DNA from: Girardia tigrina
Taxonomy: Eukaryota
Direction: 5' to 3'
Length of the DNA stretch: 58,139 bases
NCBI GenBank assembly: GCA_001938485.1
Contig: MQRK01170068.1
Coordinates: 1 to 58,139 of the forward strand
This document shows, piece after piece, positions 1 through 13,048 of this stretch. Each line of letters begins with the position of its first letter. The stretch's first letter is position 1. The notes under the pieces are model-generated. The model was not told the DNA's origin. It worked only from the letters and a program-made list of their open reading frames with translations, and did not search any database. Both the position numbers and the translations under genes were made by a program.

Positions 1-137
1 CGACCGTTGCCATGGTAACCGCGACCGTAACTAAGGTAATCGCGACCGTTGCCATGGTAACCGCGACCGTTGCTATGGTAATCGCGACCGTTGCCATGGT
101 AACCGCGATAACCTATACCATTGCCATGGTTACGGCT
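1..137. repeat. GC-rich 21-bp tandem repeat (CGACCGTTGCCATGGTAACCG), about 5 units plus a degenerate one, truncated by the window edge
   Basis: Units at 1-21, 22-42, 43-63, 64-84, 85-105. They alternate AACCG/AATCG endings (42-bp higher-order period). Core GTTGCCATGGTAAC. Confidence 0.9.
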
Positions 138-900
138 AGAGGGGGTGTATGTATGCCGAATGCCCATTTTTCCCCTACTTCGCCAGAATAATTTATTATT
201 TTTTAAATTAAAAGGTAAAATATTTTAATGTTAATATGCTTATTAAATATTTTAAAATTAAAAATGATATAACAAAACAACTATTAAAAAATCAAATACG
301 TATTTAAAAAAATAAAATGTTTTTAAAAAATAAATGTGTTTTTAAAATATTTAAAAAATTAATGAATTTTGGAGTTAAAAAATGAATTCTGATATTGATG
401 TTGCAACCACTTCTCACAATGATAATTATATTTAAATTCCGGGACTTCTGTCCCTTTGAAACAAAAAAGATTCTATTTTTACTATGTAGGCAATGATTAT
501 GAGCCTTACTTCATCGACCTCATTATGAAAGAAATGGCGAGTTTTCTTTTTAAAAAAGGGCTTTTGTTCTTATTATGAGAGATAGTTAACACTACAACCC
601 ATTAATAAACATTCAAAATGAACATTTAAAAAAAGAAAGCCGTTTTGTATATGAAATTAAATTCAAAAGAATTTTGGTATTATTATAACTAATAACTTCT
701 AATAATAAATAAAATAAATAAAATAAATCATTCCATTAAAAGTAACATAAAAATTAACAAATATTTAATTATAATTGCTGATTATGGAATATAAAATTCC
801 GTGATATGTTTAATAATTAATTTCTTAAATATATATTTTCTATAATTTTTTAATACTGTTATTCAATTGAAAAATAATAGTTATATATATATATATATAT

Positions 901-1881
901 NNNNNNNNNNNNNNNNNNNNNNNNNNNNNNNNNNNNNNNNNNNNNNNNNNNNNNNNNNNNNNNNNNNNNNNNNNNNNNNNNCAAGTTTAGTATTTCGAAA
1001 ATATAATTTGATTAAAGCTTTTTTATATAATTATTGGACATGTTTCGATGTTTACATACATCATCATCAGCAATTTTTGGATGTTTAGTATATGAATATT
1101 CAATTCAATTCAACAATTCAATACACAGAATTGTTCACAGGCCTTGTTCACAGAGTTTCAAATTTTTTCTCCACTTTGGAAATTGCAAATCAGGGTTTAA
1201 ATATTCTTAGAAGGCACTTGAGGGACAATATGTATACAGACAAGCAAATAGAACACAATATTAGGATAACATCAGACAAATGATGTATAGATGTACAAGT
1301 AAAAAAACAATTAAAAGAAATTACTAAAGAATACAAACAAATCATTAAAATTCCATATTCTGAAGGATTGAGAGCGTTTAAGAAGAGTATTTGTAGAACA
1401 ATAAGTAGTGCTAAAGTAGTCTCTGTCACATCCAAAGTTCAAAGTTTCCTCTCAAACAAATCGAAAACAGTTTGTGGTTTGCAAGCTAATCTGGTATATA
1501 AATTTAATTGTCACGGGTGTCAAAACTCGTACATCAGAGAGACAAATCGTCATCTCAAAACCCGGATTAGCGAGCACTCGCAAATGAGTCGGTCGAGTAA
1601 GCTTCTTGATCATTGGTTATGTTGTAAGGATAGAACCTCATCCATTTCAAAAGATGAGTTTTCTGTTCTACCAAAGGGGTTTGATTCACATTACGAACGA
1701 CAGTTTTGTGAATCTCTACTAATAAGACACTACAACCCATCAATTAACATTCAGAATGGGCAAAGTAAGGTTATTTCAATACTTAAAATTTNNNNNNNNN
1801 NNNNNNNNNNNNNNNNNNNNNNNNNNNNNNNNNNNNNNNNNNNNNNNNNNNNNNNNNNNNNNNNNNNNNNNNNNNNNNNNN
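901..1881 (+). mobile_element. Penelope-like retroelement, 5'-truncated (RT C-terminus plus GIY-YIG endonuclease), with an inverted pseudo-LTR at the 5' end, inserted in (TA)n
   Basis: ORF 1368-1791 reads NLVYKFNCHGCQNSYIRETNRHLKTRISEH...ESLLIRHYNPSIN (GIY-YIG). 982-1110 is the reverse complement of the pLTR seen at 18396-18490. (TA)n on both sides (883-900, 1882-1912). Confidence 0.9.
1033..1074 (-). ncRNA. Minimal type I hammerhead ribozyme in Penelope pLTR
   Basis: Minus strand: AUUG-CUGAUGA-U-GAUGU(AUGUAA)ACAUC-GAAA-CAUG-UC-CAAU. Stem I AUUG/CAAU, stem II GAUGU/ACAUC, palindromic CAUG loop III, GUC cleavage triplet. Confidence 0.85.
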
Positions 1882-1915
<34 letters not shown>

Positions 1916-2552
1916 TGTGTGTATGTGGAAAAACATAATTAAAAGAATAAGAAATGATTACAAAAAAATAAATTATTAATTTTTTTTCTAAATCGTGATA
2001 ATTTTGTATTTCTAAATAAAATGAAACTAAAAAACAGTTTTAATTTAAATGTGTAAATTAAAGATTAACATTTTCTGTTAAATTATTATTTATTTATGGA
2101 ATGATTTGGCAAAATAATTTCGTTCATTCTCAAACGACATCAGTTTCAAAAGATTCCGTTACGACATTTGATCTCGCGATGATTGACCGTCACCCATCAC
2201 CGATTCGAGTGATATTATTTATATTTATTACATTTTATTCAGATTTTGTATTTATATATTTCGTATTATTTTATTGAAATGTTTTAAACAAATTGTATTG
2301 AGTATCATAATTAAAATAAATATTTATTATTTTTTTACAAATGAAAAATTAGTGATTAGAAATTTGATACAGATTTCTAATCAATTAATCGTTTTCGTTT
2401 TCTTTCGAATAATCTATTCATTCGAAGAAAGTAAGTAGAAAATTGTGTTAACATTTCAAAGGTTGTGGAAATATGAATTTTCCGTGTCTTTTTCATTTTG
2501 GGACCTTAAAATGCTTTTTAAAATCATTTTAACACAATCATTCATTGTAATC

Positions 2553-2598
<46 letters not shown>

Positions 2599-3275
2599 TT
2601 TACATGAAACTATGGCACTGTTTTCGTTTAAAAGTTATTTTTCTTCTATAGATCCATTAGTATTTTTGATTAAAGACAAACAGACCTTTTTGTTGGGTTG
2701 CGTAGAATGAGTGGGTACTACTAAACTTATTTCCTTGAAAACATCTTCCGTTATAATAGTTATAACAAAAAAGCAAGTTGTAATATCGGATAACAGAATA
2801 AATTCCCGAATCTTTCAATCAAGTTTTTAACTGAGACTGTTTTAAATTTGATTAAAAAACTCAACTCATTGTCATTAATTATCAAATTATTTTTTTTATT
2901 TTTTACGGTTTTCGAGTATTTTATAAAAAACTGTTTTTCAGTTTTATTTTTTTAATAGTAAAATTCAAAAAAAACAATAACGATTTTTTTCATAATTCTA
3001 AAGAGTAAAGTCATTAAAAATATTACTAGAAATCTCACGTGGAAAGTCGATTTTTTTAAAAAAAGAAATAAACTTAAAATCAATTTTTTGACCGCGTTTT
3101 TGAAAAGTATCCACCGCTAATTTTTTTTAGAAAATGCTTTTTTTTACTATTTTACACTCAGGAAGTTTTTCATTTTTTAGAAGTGGTGGAACATAATGAA
3201 AAAAATATGGTATTTAAAAATTTAATTAATTCTAAATATTGAAACAAATATTTTGAGTATTTTCAAATTGAAATA

Positions 3276-4529
3276 TTATATTGGGGAAAAAAAATCCATT
3301 ATTTTGGCATGAAATTCAAAACTTTATTTAATATGTTTCAGATTGTCCTCTTGGAGTCAAATATTCACCGTTTTGTTGTATAATTAGTTGCCATTTTGAA
3401 GGTAGCTTCATAATGCCTCTCTCGTAAAAGTCTTGGTCCTTATTTGCGAAAAACTGTAGTAATCTATTTTCACAATCTTCTATTGATCCCAATTTCTTAT
3501 CACTCAGGAAATTTTGCAATGCTAGAAAAAGGAGGTAATCGCTTGGTGCCAGGTCCGGACTATATAGTGGATGCATTAAAACTTCCTAACCAAATTACCA
3601 CAGTTTCTGGCGAGTCACTACAGACGTATGTGGTCTGGCGTTGTCGTGATGGAACACAACACCTCTTCTGTTGGCCAACTCTGGTCGTTTCTCATCAATT
3701 GCTATCTTCAAACGGCCCAGTTGTTGACAGTACAGATCTGAATTTAGTGTTTGGCCATACGGAAGACACTCATAATAAATGATTCATTTCCAGTCCCACC
3801 AAATACACATTAGAACCTTCCTGGCCGTTAGTCCTGGTTTGGCGACCGTTTGAGGTGCTTCATCGTGCTTTGACCACGATCGTTTTTGTACAATATTGTC
3901 GTCTGTAACGAAATTCTCATCTCCAGTAACCATTCGTTTAAGAAATTGGTCGATTTCATTTCGTTTGGCCAAGGCTTCACAGATGGAAATTCGATCCATT
4001 ATGTTTTTTGGTGTTAATTGGTGTGGAACCCAAACATCAAGTTTCTTTTAGGAATCCTGCTTTGCCCAAATGGTTTAAAACCGTTTTGTGGTCGATCTTC
4101 AGCTCCTGTGCGATGCTACGATTACTGACATGCCGGCCAAATTCGATCATTGTCGTGATTTTATCGACATTTTCAACGATAGGCCTGCCTGTGCGAGGTG
4201 CATCTTTAACATCAAAAATGCCTCCACGGAATCGACGAAACCAAAATTGCGTGTAATTAGCTGTTACAGTATTGGCACCATAAACACCATTCACAATAAC
4301 AGCCGCCTGGCTTGCATCTTCGCCTTTATCGAATAAAAACTGTAAAATGTACCGAATTTTTAATTTGTTGACTTCATTTATTACACTCTGTAACTCAGAA
4401 CTGAATAAAAAAGCAAAACTTTTTTGTGAAATTACTGTGAAATGTTACCTTGACAAAGAGCATAAATTTGAAATTATTTGATCGATAAATAATGAATTAA
4501 AATAATGGATTACTTTTTCCCCAACCTAA
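3276..4529 (-). mobile_element. Full-length mariner (DD34D) transposon with frameshifted transposase (~4377 to 3328)
   Basis: Imperfect ~30-bp TIRs (TTGGGGAAAAA.AATCCATTATTTT), TA flanks, ~1.25 kb. Motifs FWFRRFR, PRTGRP, MVTGDE, KPGLTARKVLMCIWWDWK, YSPDLAPSDY. Confidence 0.95.
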
Positions 4530-5028
4530 TATATAAAAAATAATTTTTCAACTGAAAATATACATTTTATTCATAAAACATATTTAGAAAATTAAGAAAT
4601 TGGTGCAAAAAATTATATTATTATAAATAACATCAACGATAGTAACGATTGTAGCACTGTTTAACACAAATTATGGAATGAATAAATATATATTATAAAT
4701 TATTGTAATTAAAAACCAGCAATATTTTTATGAAAAAAATATTTTTATGAAGAATAATTGATGTTATTTAAACTAATATAATTTTTAACACCAATTTATT
4801 TATTTTATCAATCAAGAAATTATCAATCACCAATTTGGTTAAGTATTATTATATTGTGGTATTAATAAAAATGTCGAAAAACATCTTCAAATTCTTAATA
4901 AATATAAACCAGATGATGATGTTGCTTCGGGTTCTTCTTTGATACTCACACTTCCTTCATTTTCTAATTTATAAAATTGAAAATAAAACTTATTTATTTA
5001 CCAGTTTCCAACCTCATACTTATAAATT

Positions 5029-7375
5029 CAATTATTGTGTCGATTCGGGTCATGTATTCGTTCTATACATAAATAAATTTTATATTCCAGTCGTGTCTTA
5101 TTTCTTCCCGTTCCAACGACGGAAGTTGGTGGTGCAAATTGCACTCGCCAAATTGGTGTCAGAAAGAAGAAGGACGGAACCTTGCGAATATGTGGTGACT
5201 ACAGAGGACTCAACAAGGTGACCATTCCAGACTCGTACCCAATGCCGCTCATCACCGACCTTCTTCAGCGCTTCGCAGGATGTACCGTCTTCTCATCTCT
5301 TGATTTGAGCAAAGCGTACCATCAGATCCAAATGGACACAAACTCAATTCAGAAGACGGCAGTCACAACACCATTCGGCTTATACGAATATGTGCGCATG
5401 CCCTTCGGGTTACGAAACGCCTCACAAACGTTCCAGCGGCACATTGACACGGTACTCAACGGACTCCCGAATGTAGCCGCGTACGTCGACGACATCATCA
5501 TCGCGTCGCCAAATTACGAGCAACACAAAACACATATCACCGCGACACTTGCAAGATTGAGCCAACACAACCTACAGATAAAGCTGCAGAAATGTCACTT
5601 TTTCCGACAACAAGTTGAATTCCTGGATCACTTATTATCCGATAAAGGCGTATTACCACTGGAGAGCCGTGTCAAAGCTATAAGAGATTTCCCCCGACCT
5701 GTAACAGTCACAGCACTGAGAAGCTTCTTGGGGATGATCAATTTCTGTAGACGGTTCATACCGCACATTTCCGACATACTTGCACCCCTTACGGTTCTTA
5801 CTTTCGGACCAAAACGCTCAAAAATCACCTGGACAACCGAGTCAGAACAGGCGTTTTGTCGAGCCAAAGACGCCTTACAAAAAATCAAATCCTTGCATTT
5901 CCCGGACTACAACTTACCACTCACATTGACAACGGACGCCTCCAACACGGCTCTAGGCGCAGTCTTGATGCAGGTCCGCAACACACATTCCGAACCCATA
6001 GAATTCTTTTCTCACAAACTGTCACCGGCTCAGACAAGATATTCCACCTTCGATCGGGAACTGTTAGGCCTTTNNNNNNNNNNNNNNNNNNNNNNNNNNN
6101 NNNNNATCGTCAAACCAGCAGTCGTCTACACGGACCACAAACCGCTCCTGCATTATCTGACCATGAAACATCCTTCCCCGCGGCAACAACATCACATGAG
6201 TTATCTGTCACAATTTAACATCGAATTACGCTATGTCAGAGGAGCCGAAAACGTTGTCGCAGACTGTTTGTCCCGCGCAGACATAGCAAGTCTTGATTTT
6301 GAACCCTTCCTCACCACTGAGACCCTAGCACAACACCCACCCACCTAAAAAGATCTCAGTTCTTTCTCCAATCCACCAGTCTCCAAAGGGAACAAATTCT
6401 TTGACACTTCTCTCGCTGGATCCATCCGACCGATACTTGGACAAGAGCTACGCGCACAAGCTTTCCACGCTGTTCACAACATCGCTCACCCCGGCAGGAA
6501 AGCAACCTATGAGTTGTTACGAACTAAAGTCATTTGGCCACATATGCGAAAGGACGTCACACTATGGTGTCGGGCTTGCTTCGACCGTCAACGGGGCAAA
6601 GTCACCCGGCACACGAAACCACCGACCACAGCCTTTCCTACTGGTAGCAGGTTCGACACAATTCATATAGACTTTGTCGGTCCGCTTTCCACGTCAAAAG
6701 GATTTTCTTACTTGTTCACAATAATTGACAGAAACACGCGCTGGCCCGAAGCGTTCCCTCTCAGAACAACCGCCACCGAGACCATAGCAGACATACTGGT
6801 GAACCACTGGATATCCAGATTTGGCATTCCAAAGCGGATCATTACCGATCAGGGTCAGCAATTCGAATCCGCACTTTTCACGGATTTAACCAAAAGACTG
6901 GGTATCCAAAAGGTGAGGACAACTGCCTACCACCCCCAAACCAACGGTCTCGCGGAATGCTTCCACAGGACACTAAAAAAACTCGTTCAGAGCGGGACAA
7001 TCCACAGCTTGGGCAGACTAATTACCTTTCGTACTTCTTGCTTGACGTAACATCCCCGACGGCAAACACGGGACATCGCCAGCACAACTGCTTTTCGGGT
7101 CAAACGCTTCCTTTGTAAACGAACTGTTCTTCAACGAAGCCCCTCGGAACAATAGCCAACTGGAGGCAGCTCGGACGCTCTTCATCACACATACACACCC
7201 CCCACAACATCCTCAAACGTTAAACCAGGCCAACGGAATCAATCCATACCAACACAGCCAACGAGAACCACACTACCCAAATCCAGACGTCGTCCAGCAC
7301 GCTACGGAGAACAAACCCAAACACTTAAATATGGCACATAACACTGCAAAATCATCATCTGTACTATACCACATT

Positions 7376-7407
<32 letters not shown>

Positions 7408-7874
7408 TCTTTTGTGGTCTTCCTCTCCCCCACCGATTGACAGTTACACTCAGCAACGACTCTCACTGCTCACTCCCCAAAATTTGTGGCCTCCACGCCC
7501 GTGCTCCACACTTCCGTGAGGGGGCTGATGTGGTGTTAAAAAAAAACACAAAAAACAATTTAAATTAAAATTCAAAAATTAATAGAAGAAACAAAAATAA
7601 AAATTTTTTGTTTTACTAATCATAAATTGGCGAAAAACTCAAAAAAAAACACACGAATCCACAAGAACACCAACCAGAATCGCAATCAATATGCTCAACG
7701 GACTGTCAATCATCAACCCAACTATGCCCAGACGAGACTCGTGGATCTATGCCAATTATTGTGTCGATTCGGGTCATGTATTCGTTCTATACATAAATAA
7801 ATTTTATATTCCAGTCGTGTCTTATTTCTTCCCGTTCCAACGACGGAAGTTGGTGGTGCAAATTGCACTCGCCA
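5029..7874 (+). mobile_element. Ty3/gypsy LTR retrotransposon; gag/protease deleted and 5' LTR truncated
   Basis: The 122-bp LTR segment 5029-5150 is identical to 7753-7874. PBS TGGTGTCAGAA at 5154 (tRNA-Leu type). PPT GAGGGGG at 7518. 3' LTR ~7529-7874. Domain order RT-RNaseH-IN. Confidence 0.95.
5164..7140 (+). pseudogene. gypsy pol remnant (RT, RNase H, integrase) with stop and frameshifts
   Basis: DYRGLNKVT, LDLSKAYHQI, MPFGLRNA, YVDDI, LTTDASN, YTDHKPL, ADCLSR, HIDFVGPL, ITDQGQQFES, TTAYHPQTNG. Confidence 0.95.
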
Positions 7875-8989
7875 AAATATGTTTGGACATTTTTCTCGTT
7901 TTTATTATTTGCTTCTTACATGAAAATATGTTTTTCACAACTGAGATATTTTGATGTATTTTCTGGTATTGCAACTGCGACAAAGAAGAGTACATAGGAA
8001 ATGTAAAAAACTTAAAATCAATTGCAACTAGATACACCATATTTACGCATTCTATCTTTTGATAAGAAGCTTTAGGACCTAAAAAAATATCTGCTGATCT
8101 CAACACATTTTTAAAGATACCGTTAATATTATCTGTTAAGGGTTTTTTTGCTGAACTTTATATTTTTGAAAATCTTTAGATTGAAAATCATATTTATACT
8201 TAAGATAAATTAAAATAATGTTTTACCCATTAAAGGGAATTAATAATGAATTAACTTTATAAAAATTAAGTTTTAAAAAAATCAAAATTAAATAAATTTG
8301 TTTATCGAAATTAATTTTCAGAAATTATATTTTAGACAATATTTTATAGATAATGTTTTATTAATTAAAATGGATTAACTCTTTATAAAAATAAAGTTTT
8401 AAAAAAATCAATTGTATATCATTAATTAATATATTCATATTTATATCTAGAATTTTAAAAATTTGGTTTATGCAAATTGAAAATAGTGTTCCTCATAAAT
8501 TTGTTTGTAAAATGTAATATGTGATAGAAATAAAGTTTTGCGAATTAAGGAATCCTGATTTTAATCACGAACACAACATTATCGATTCCATAAAATGTCT
8601 TAGACTTAGACTCTTAACAAATTAATGCAACGATATGGAATCAGTTTACCATTTACTTTTACTACATACAAAAGTTTTGGTTATTGTAATTATCTACCGT
8701 ATTATCTTTTACTTTTATGTTATTATTTATATTAACTTATTATTATTATTAATATATGTTTGTTTGTATATTTCTTGTCTCTGAATTTTCGCGTATATGT
8801 GTTTGTTGCCGTTATTCTTATTTATTTGTATTTGCATCGTCTTATTTTTATTATTATTTACATGCTTTACTTTATTTATATTTATATACATTTATTTAAA
8901 TACATAATTTATAATTAATTAAGATAAAATATTGCCACTAAGAAATTTTTAAATTCAAATTTGAAAACAATAATAAAAACTATAACATA

Positions 8990-10584
8990 CAGTGAAGGAC
9001 AAAAGTATTTGCTCAGATGTATTTTTAACATATTTATGAAATATAAAATCACAAAAACCTAAAAATAAATATATTCTTAATTCTCGTTCTCGTCTACATG
9101 TATTTCATATGCTTAATTTTAATTTTGGTTAATTTTTATTTATTAAACAAGAAAAATTCGAAAAGTCGATGGACAAAAGTATTTGCTCAGAACGATTTAT
9201 TTATTTAAAAGACATAAAAAACACTTTAAAAATTTGTCCATAAGCATTTGTTTTTAACTAATTGGTCCATTCTACGTGGCATGGACTCAATAAGCGAATT
9301 ACAATACCCTTTAGTTATTTTTTTCCAGCATGTTTTAATACCTTCAATTAAATCTGATTTTTTTTATTTCCTCTGATTTAATCAAGGTTTTAAGCTTGAA
9401 CCAAAGGTTTTCAATTGGGTTTAGATCCGGACTTTGGCTTGGTCAGTCTAAAACTACAATATTTTTTCTGGTGAGATACTCTTTCCCCTTCTTAGCTGTG
9501 TGCTTTGGATCATTATCATGCTGGAATATGTAATCATCTTTAAATAAACGAGCTGATGATGGAATCATGTGCTGAGAAAGCATTCTGATATACATATTGG
9601 CATTCATTATACCTTCGATTATATGTATATCACCAACACCAGCTTAACTGAAACATCCCCAAGCCATAACAGAGTCATCATGCTTGACTGTTTGCTTCAC
9701 ATGTTTTGGTTTAAGAATTTCTCCAGGTCTTCTCAAAGTCTAGACCTTTCCATCACTGCCTCTTCTATTTAATTTTGTTTCGTCTGAGAACAAAACACGT
9801 TTCCAATCTTCAACTGTACAACTTTGGTGCTTTAAACCAAATTGGTGCCTTGCTTTAATATGCTTTTTGGTCAAGAGCGGCATTTTCAGTGGTGCTCTGC
9901 CATGTAAACCTGCTTCATGCAGTCTTCTTTGAACAGTTTTTGCACTCACATGTGCAATATTTGTTTTCTTTAGGTTTTCAGCAACGTCTACAGCATTTGG
10001 TTGATTTGATTTTTCAATTAAATCAACTATTTTCTTGTCTATCTTTGCTGTAGTCGCCCTGGGTATACCTGTTCTAGGCTTGTTCTGATAAGTTCCAGCC
10101 ATTTAAAACCGTTTTAAGGTATAATTGACAGTGAAAAATGGAACATTCAGCTTCTTTTCAATTTCCAGACTTGAATAACCTTCGTCTTTAAGAGTTTTTA
10201 TTGAAACTCTATGAGTAAAGTTAATTTTCCGGGTTTTCGTCATTAAGGCTCTTGGAATAAAATTTTATATAATATAATATTAAAAAACCAACTTGACTTT
10301 CAAATAATAATTTTATTGATTGATTCTACGATTTTTTCTATTAAAATTATAACTTTAATTTTTAAAAAAGTCGAATATTAATTCTGAGCAAATACTTTTG
10401 TCCATCGACTTTTCGAATTTTTCTTGTTTAATAAATAAAAATTAACCAAAATTAAAATTAAGCATATCAAATACATGTAGACGAGAACGAGAATTAAAAA
10501 TATATTTATTTTTATGTTTTTGTGATTTTATATTTCATGAATATGTTAAAAATACATCTGAGCAAATACTTTTGTCCTTCACTG
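8990..10584 (-). mobile_element. Tc1-family (DD34E) transposon with ~200-bp IR-DR terminal repeats; transposase 10243 to 9226, disrupted
   Basis: TA-CAGTGAAGGACAAAAGTATTTGCTCAGA at both ends. GGACAAAAGTATTTGCTCAGA occurs twice within each TIR. Motifs TVQRRLHEAGL, VLFSDETK, FQHDNDPKH, QSPDLNPIEN. Premature TAA at 10103-10105. Confidence 0.95.
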
Positions 10585-11369
10585 TAATTAACTTATTATT
10601 TAGATAAATTGAGACTTTGTTAGTTAAGTTTTTTAACAATTGCACTAATTTTTTGATTGACTCTATTACCACAATTTTGGTTATTTTGTTAATGTTTGTC
10701 AGAGAAGATTGTTGACCGGACATATTATTTTATCAAAACCAATTCCAAAGTATACGATTTCTAACTGTTTACAGCAGATTAATATTTGCTTCAAGAAGTT
10801 AATACAAATAATAATATTATTCCGAGATACGGAAATGTTGAAATGTAACTAACAAAAAAAGTAATTTCATTAGTTTTAACTACCACTTCTATTAACTATT
10901 TCCTTTTAAACTGTGAGCCAACTTATTTACCTGTTTTTCTATGCTATTGGTTAAATTATTAAATTATGTAATTCTTAAATTTAGTTATATCTATTTTATT
11001 TATTTTAAAGTAAGAGTTGATTCTCAAAAATTATAAATACTGTTTATTTTTCGTTAGATTTAATTTTTATAGTTATCAAAAAGATGAAATTAAAACAATT
11101 TATTTGTCTAAAAGTCTAGGTAATAATAAGTCTATTGTAATATTTCTGGTAAAACTGTTATTTGTTATGGTAAATTTTGTTATTTGCCCGAAGTATTAAT
11201 GAAACATGACGACCTAAATATGAGTTTCTTTTTTTCTTCTGTCATAAAGTGCGACGATAGGATAAAAAATGTTTTTGAATCAAACTTGCTTTATATTTTC
11301 TATGAAGTTTTGAATTTGGAACATTTAATTCTGTCGAATGTCGGATTATAACTATTTAAGAAACGCGCA

Positions 11370-11574
11370 TGGAACGAAAGTCTTGTCCAACAGAAAATAA
11401 TATTTATTCAACAAACAAATAAAATGTGTCAATTGAGAAATATAAACCAAAAGATTATTTGTGATGTTTTTTTTAGATTTACAGATGACTGATGTTTTAT
11501 TTATATTTCCAAATTACATATTGTCTTTATTTGTTAAATAAATATTATTTTTAATCGGACAAGACTTTCGTTCC

Positions 11575-11575
<1 letters not shown>
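11370..11575. mobile_element. ~206-bp MITE-like element
   Basis: Perfect 19-bp inverted repeat TGGAACGAAAGTCTTGTCC at 11370-11388 and 11557-11575; abuts (TA)n. Confidence 0.7.
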
Positions 11576-11614
<39 letters not shown>

Positions 11615-13048
11615 CTTTGGAATAAGGAATATTCTGGTTATTTGAACAAACATAAATAATAAAACCAAGATAATCTCTAATTTAACATATTTTTCAATGA
11701 GTAATTATGGAAATTATCTATTTTTTTGATTTTATTAATATAATATTTCTTATTAATATCGTGATATATTTATAATCTATATGTATTACAGTGAATATAA
11801 AGGTCATACAGCGATCTCATTTTTGTGACAGAAATCACGGAGATCTCCACAAACCAAAAATAATCCATTGTTTAATTTATTTTGTGACATATAGGTTTAC
11901 TCACATTAATTCTAAAAAAATATTATTTTGGTGATTATGGGGATTAGTCATATAATTTTTAAAAGATGGAGTGCAAAAGAAGTATTTTAAAGATTATAAA
12001 ATGGATTTCCGTCTAAAAATATATTTATTATTAATCAAAATAAAACATTTTTATAGCATTATCTTGAAGTTTTGCATCCATCTATAGATCAGAAGTTTAA
12101 GCATAAAAGGAAGTATATCCGTTTTTAATGAGAATAAAAACTTCAAAAATTTATTATTTTGGGGCTTTCCTTACCTTTAAATTAGAAAATCATAATATTG
12201 AAAATGGTTTTATAAATTAATGCAACAAATATTTAAAAATATAGGTTACATTTAAAATCTTTCATTTAACCAAACAATACATAAATAACCATATTGACAC
12301 ATTAAAATTATTTTATTTTATTAATGGTGGATTTTATTTCAAAATATAAATAATTTTATATTATATACTTTAAGGGGCTCAATCTTTGAATATTTTATTT
12401 TCTTCATTTATGTAACCATGATTTTGTTTCTCTCAATTCATTGAACAGAATTATTACTAGAAATAATGGTAGGTTCTTTAATAAAAATTACAGATTCAAG
12501 AGTATTCAAAATTGACCTTAAATATAAAATTATTAAATAATTTATATATTTGAAGTGTTCTTCAAATGATCATTGCATAAAAGAAATTTATGAAATTCCG
12601 AATTAATTTTTATTTATTAATCAAAAATGAAAAATGAAAACTGAATTACTTTACATTAATTAAAGGATTGAAATATAAATAAGATGAATTAAAAAAATTC
12701 CACTTCCATACATTTAAATTTACTAATTAAATAATTTATATAAATTTGCGGTGTTTAGTATTAATGTCTTTGAAGTATTCCGATTATTATACAAATCGAA
12801 TATTTTATATAAATTATACATAATTAATTATTTTTGTTAAATTAAGAAAAATATTAATAAATATTTGAATTTTAAATAAACAAAGAATACAATTCTGTGA
12901 ATTTTTACGCGGTTTTTGCCAATTTATAAAAAATTAGACACTGTAAAACAAGATTTAAGAAGTACATTTATTTTTTGTACCTTTAGAGTTGATAGGTTTA
13001 AATTTTAATATCCTTTTGACAATAAAACTTTTTTTTATTCATAAAATA

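Noticed and set aside
1-105. CRISPR-like or coding repeat
   Set aside because: Contiguous 21-bp units with no spacers, in a eukaryotic context; the open frame gives only a low-complexity TVAMVTA repeat.
4880-4965. Possible minus-strand exon LENEGSVSIKEEPEATSSSG
   Set aside because: No similarity to the expected PKA exon 4 and no consistent splice or frame support.
7691-8106. ORFs 7691-7954 and 7822-8106 as genes
   Set aside because: They overlap the gypsy LTR and flank and have no recognisable motif.
8195-8580. Short diverged repeats (8195-8290 vs 8340-8412; 8450-8580 vs 31450-31590)
   Set aside because: Probably old non-autonomous TE debris; termini cannot be defined.
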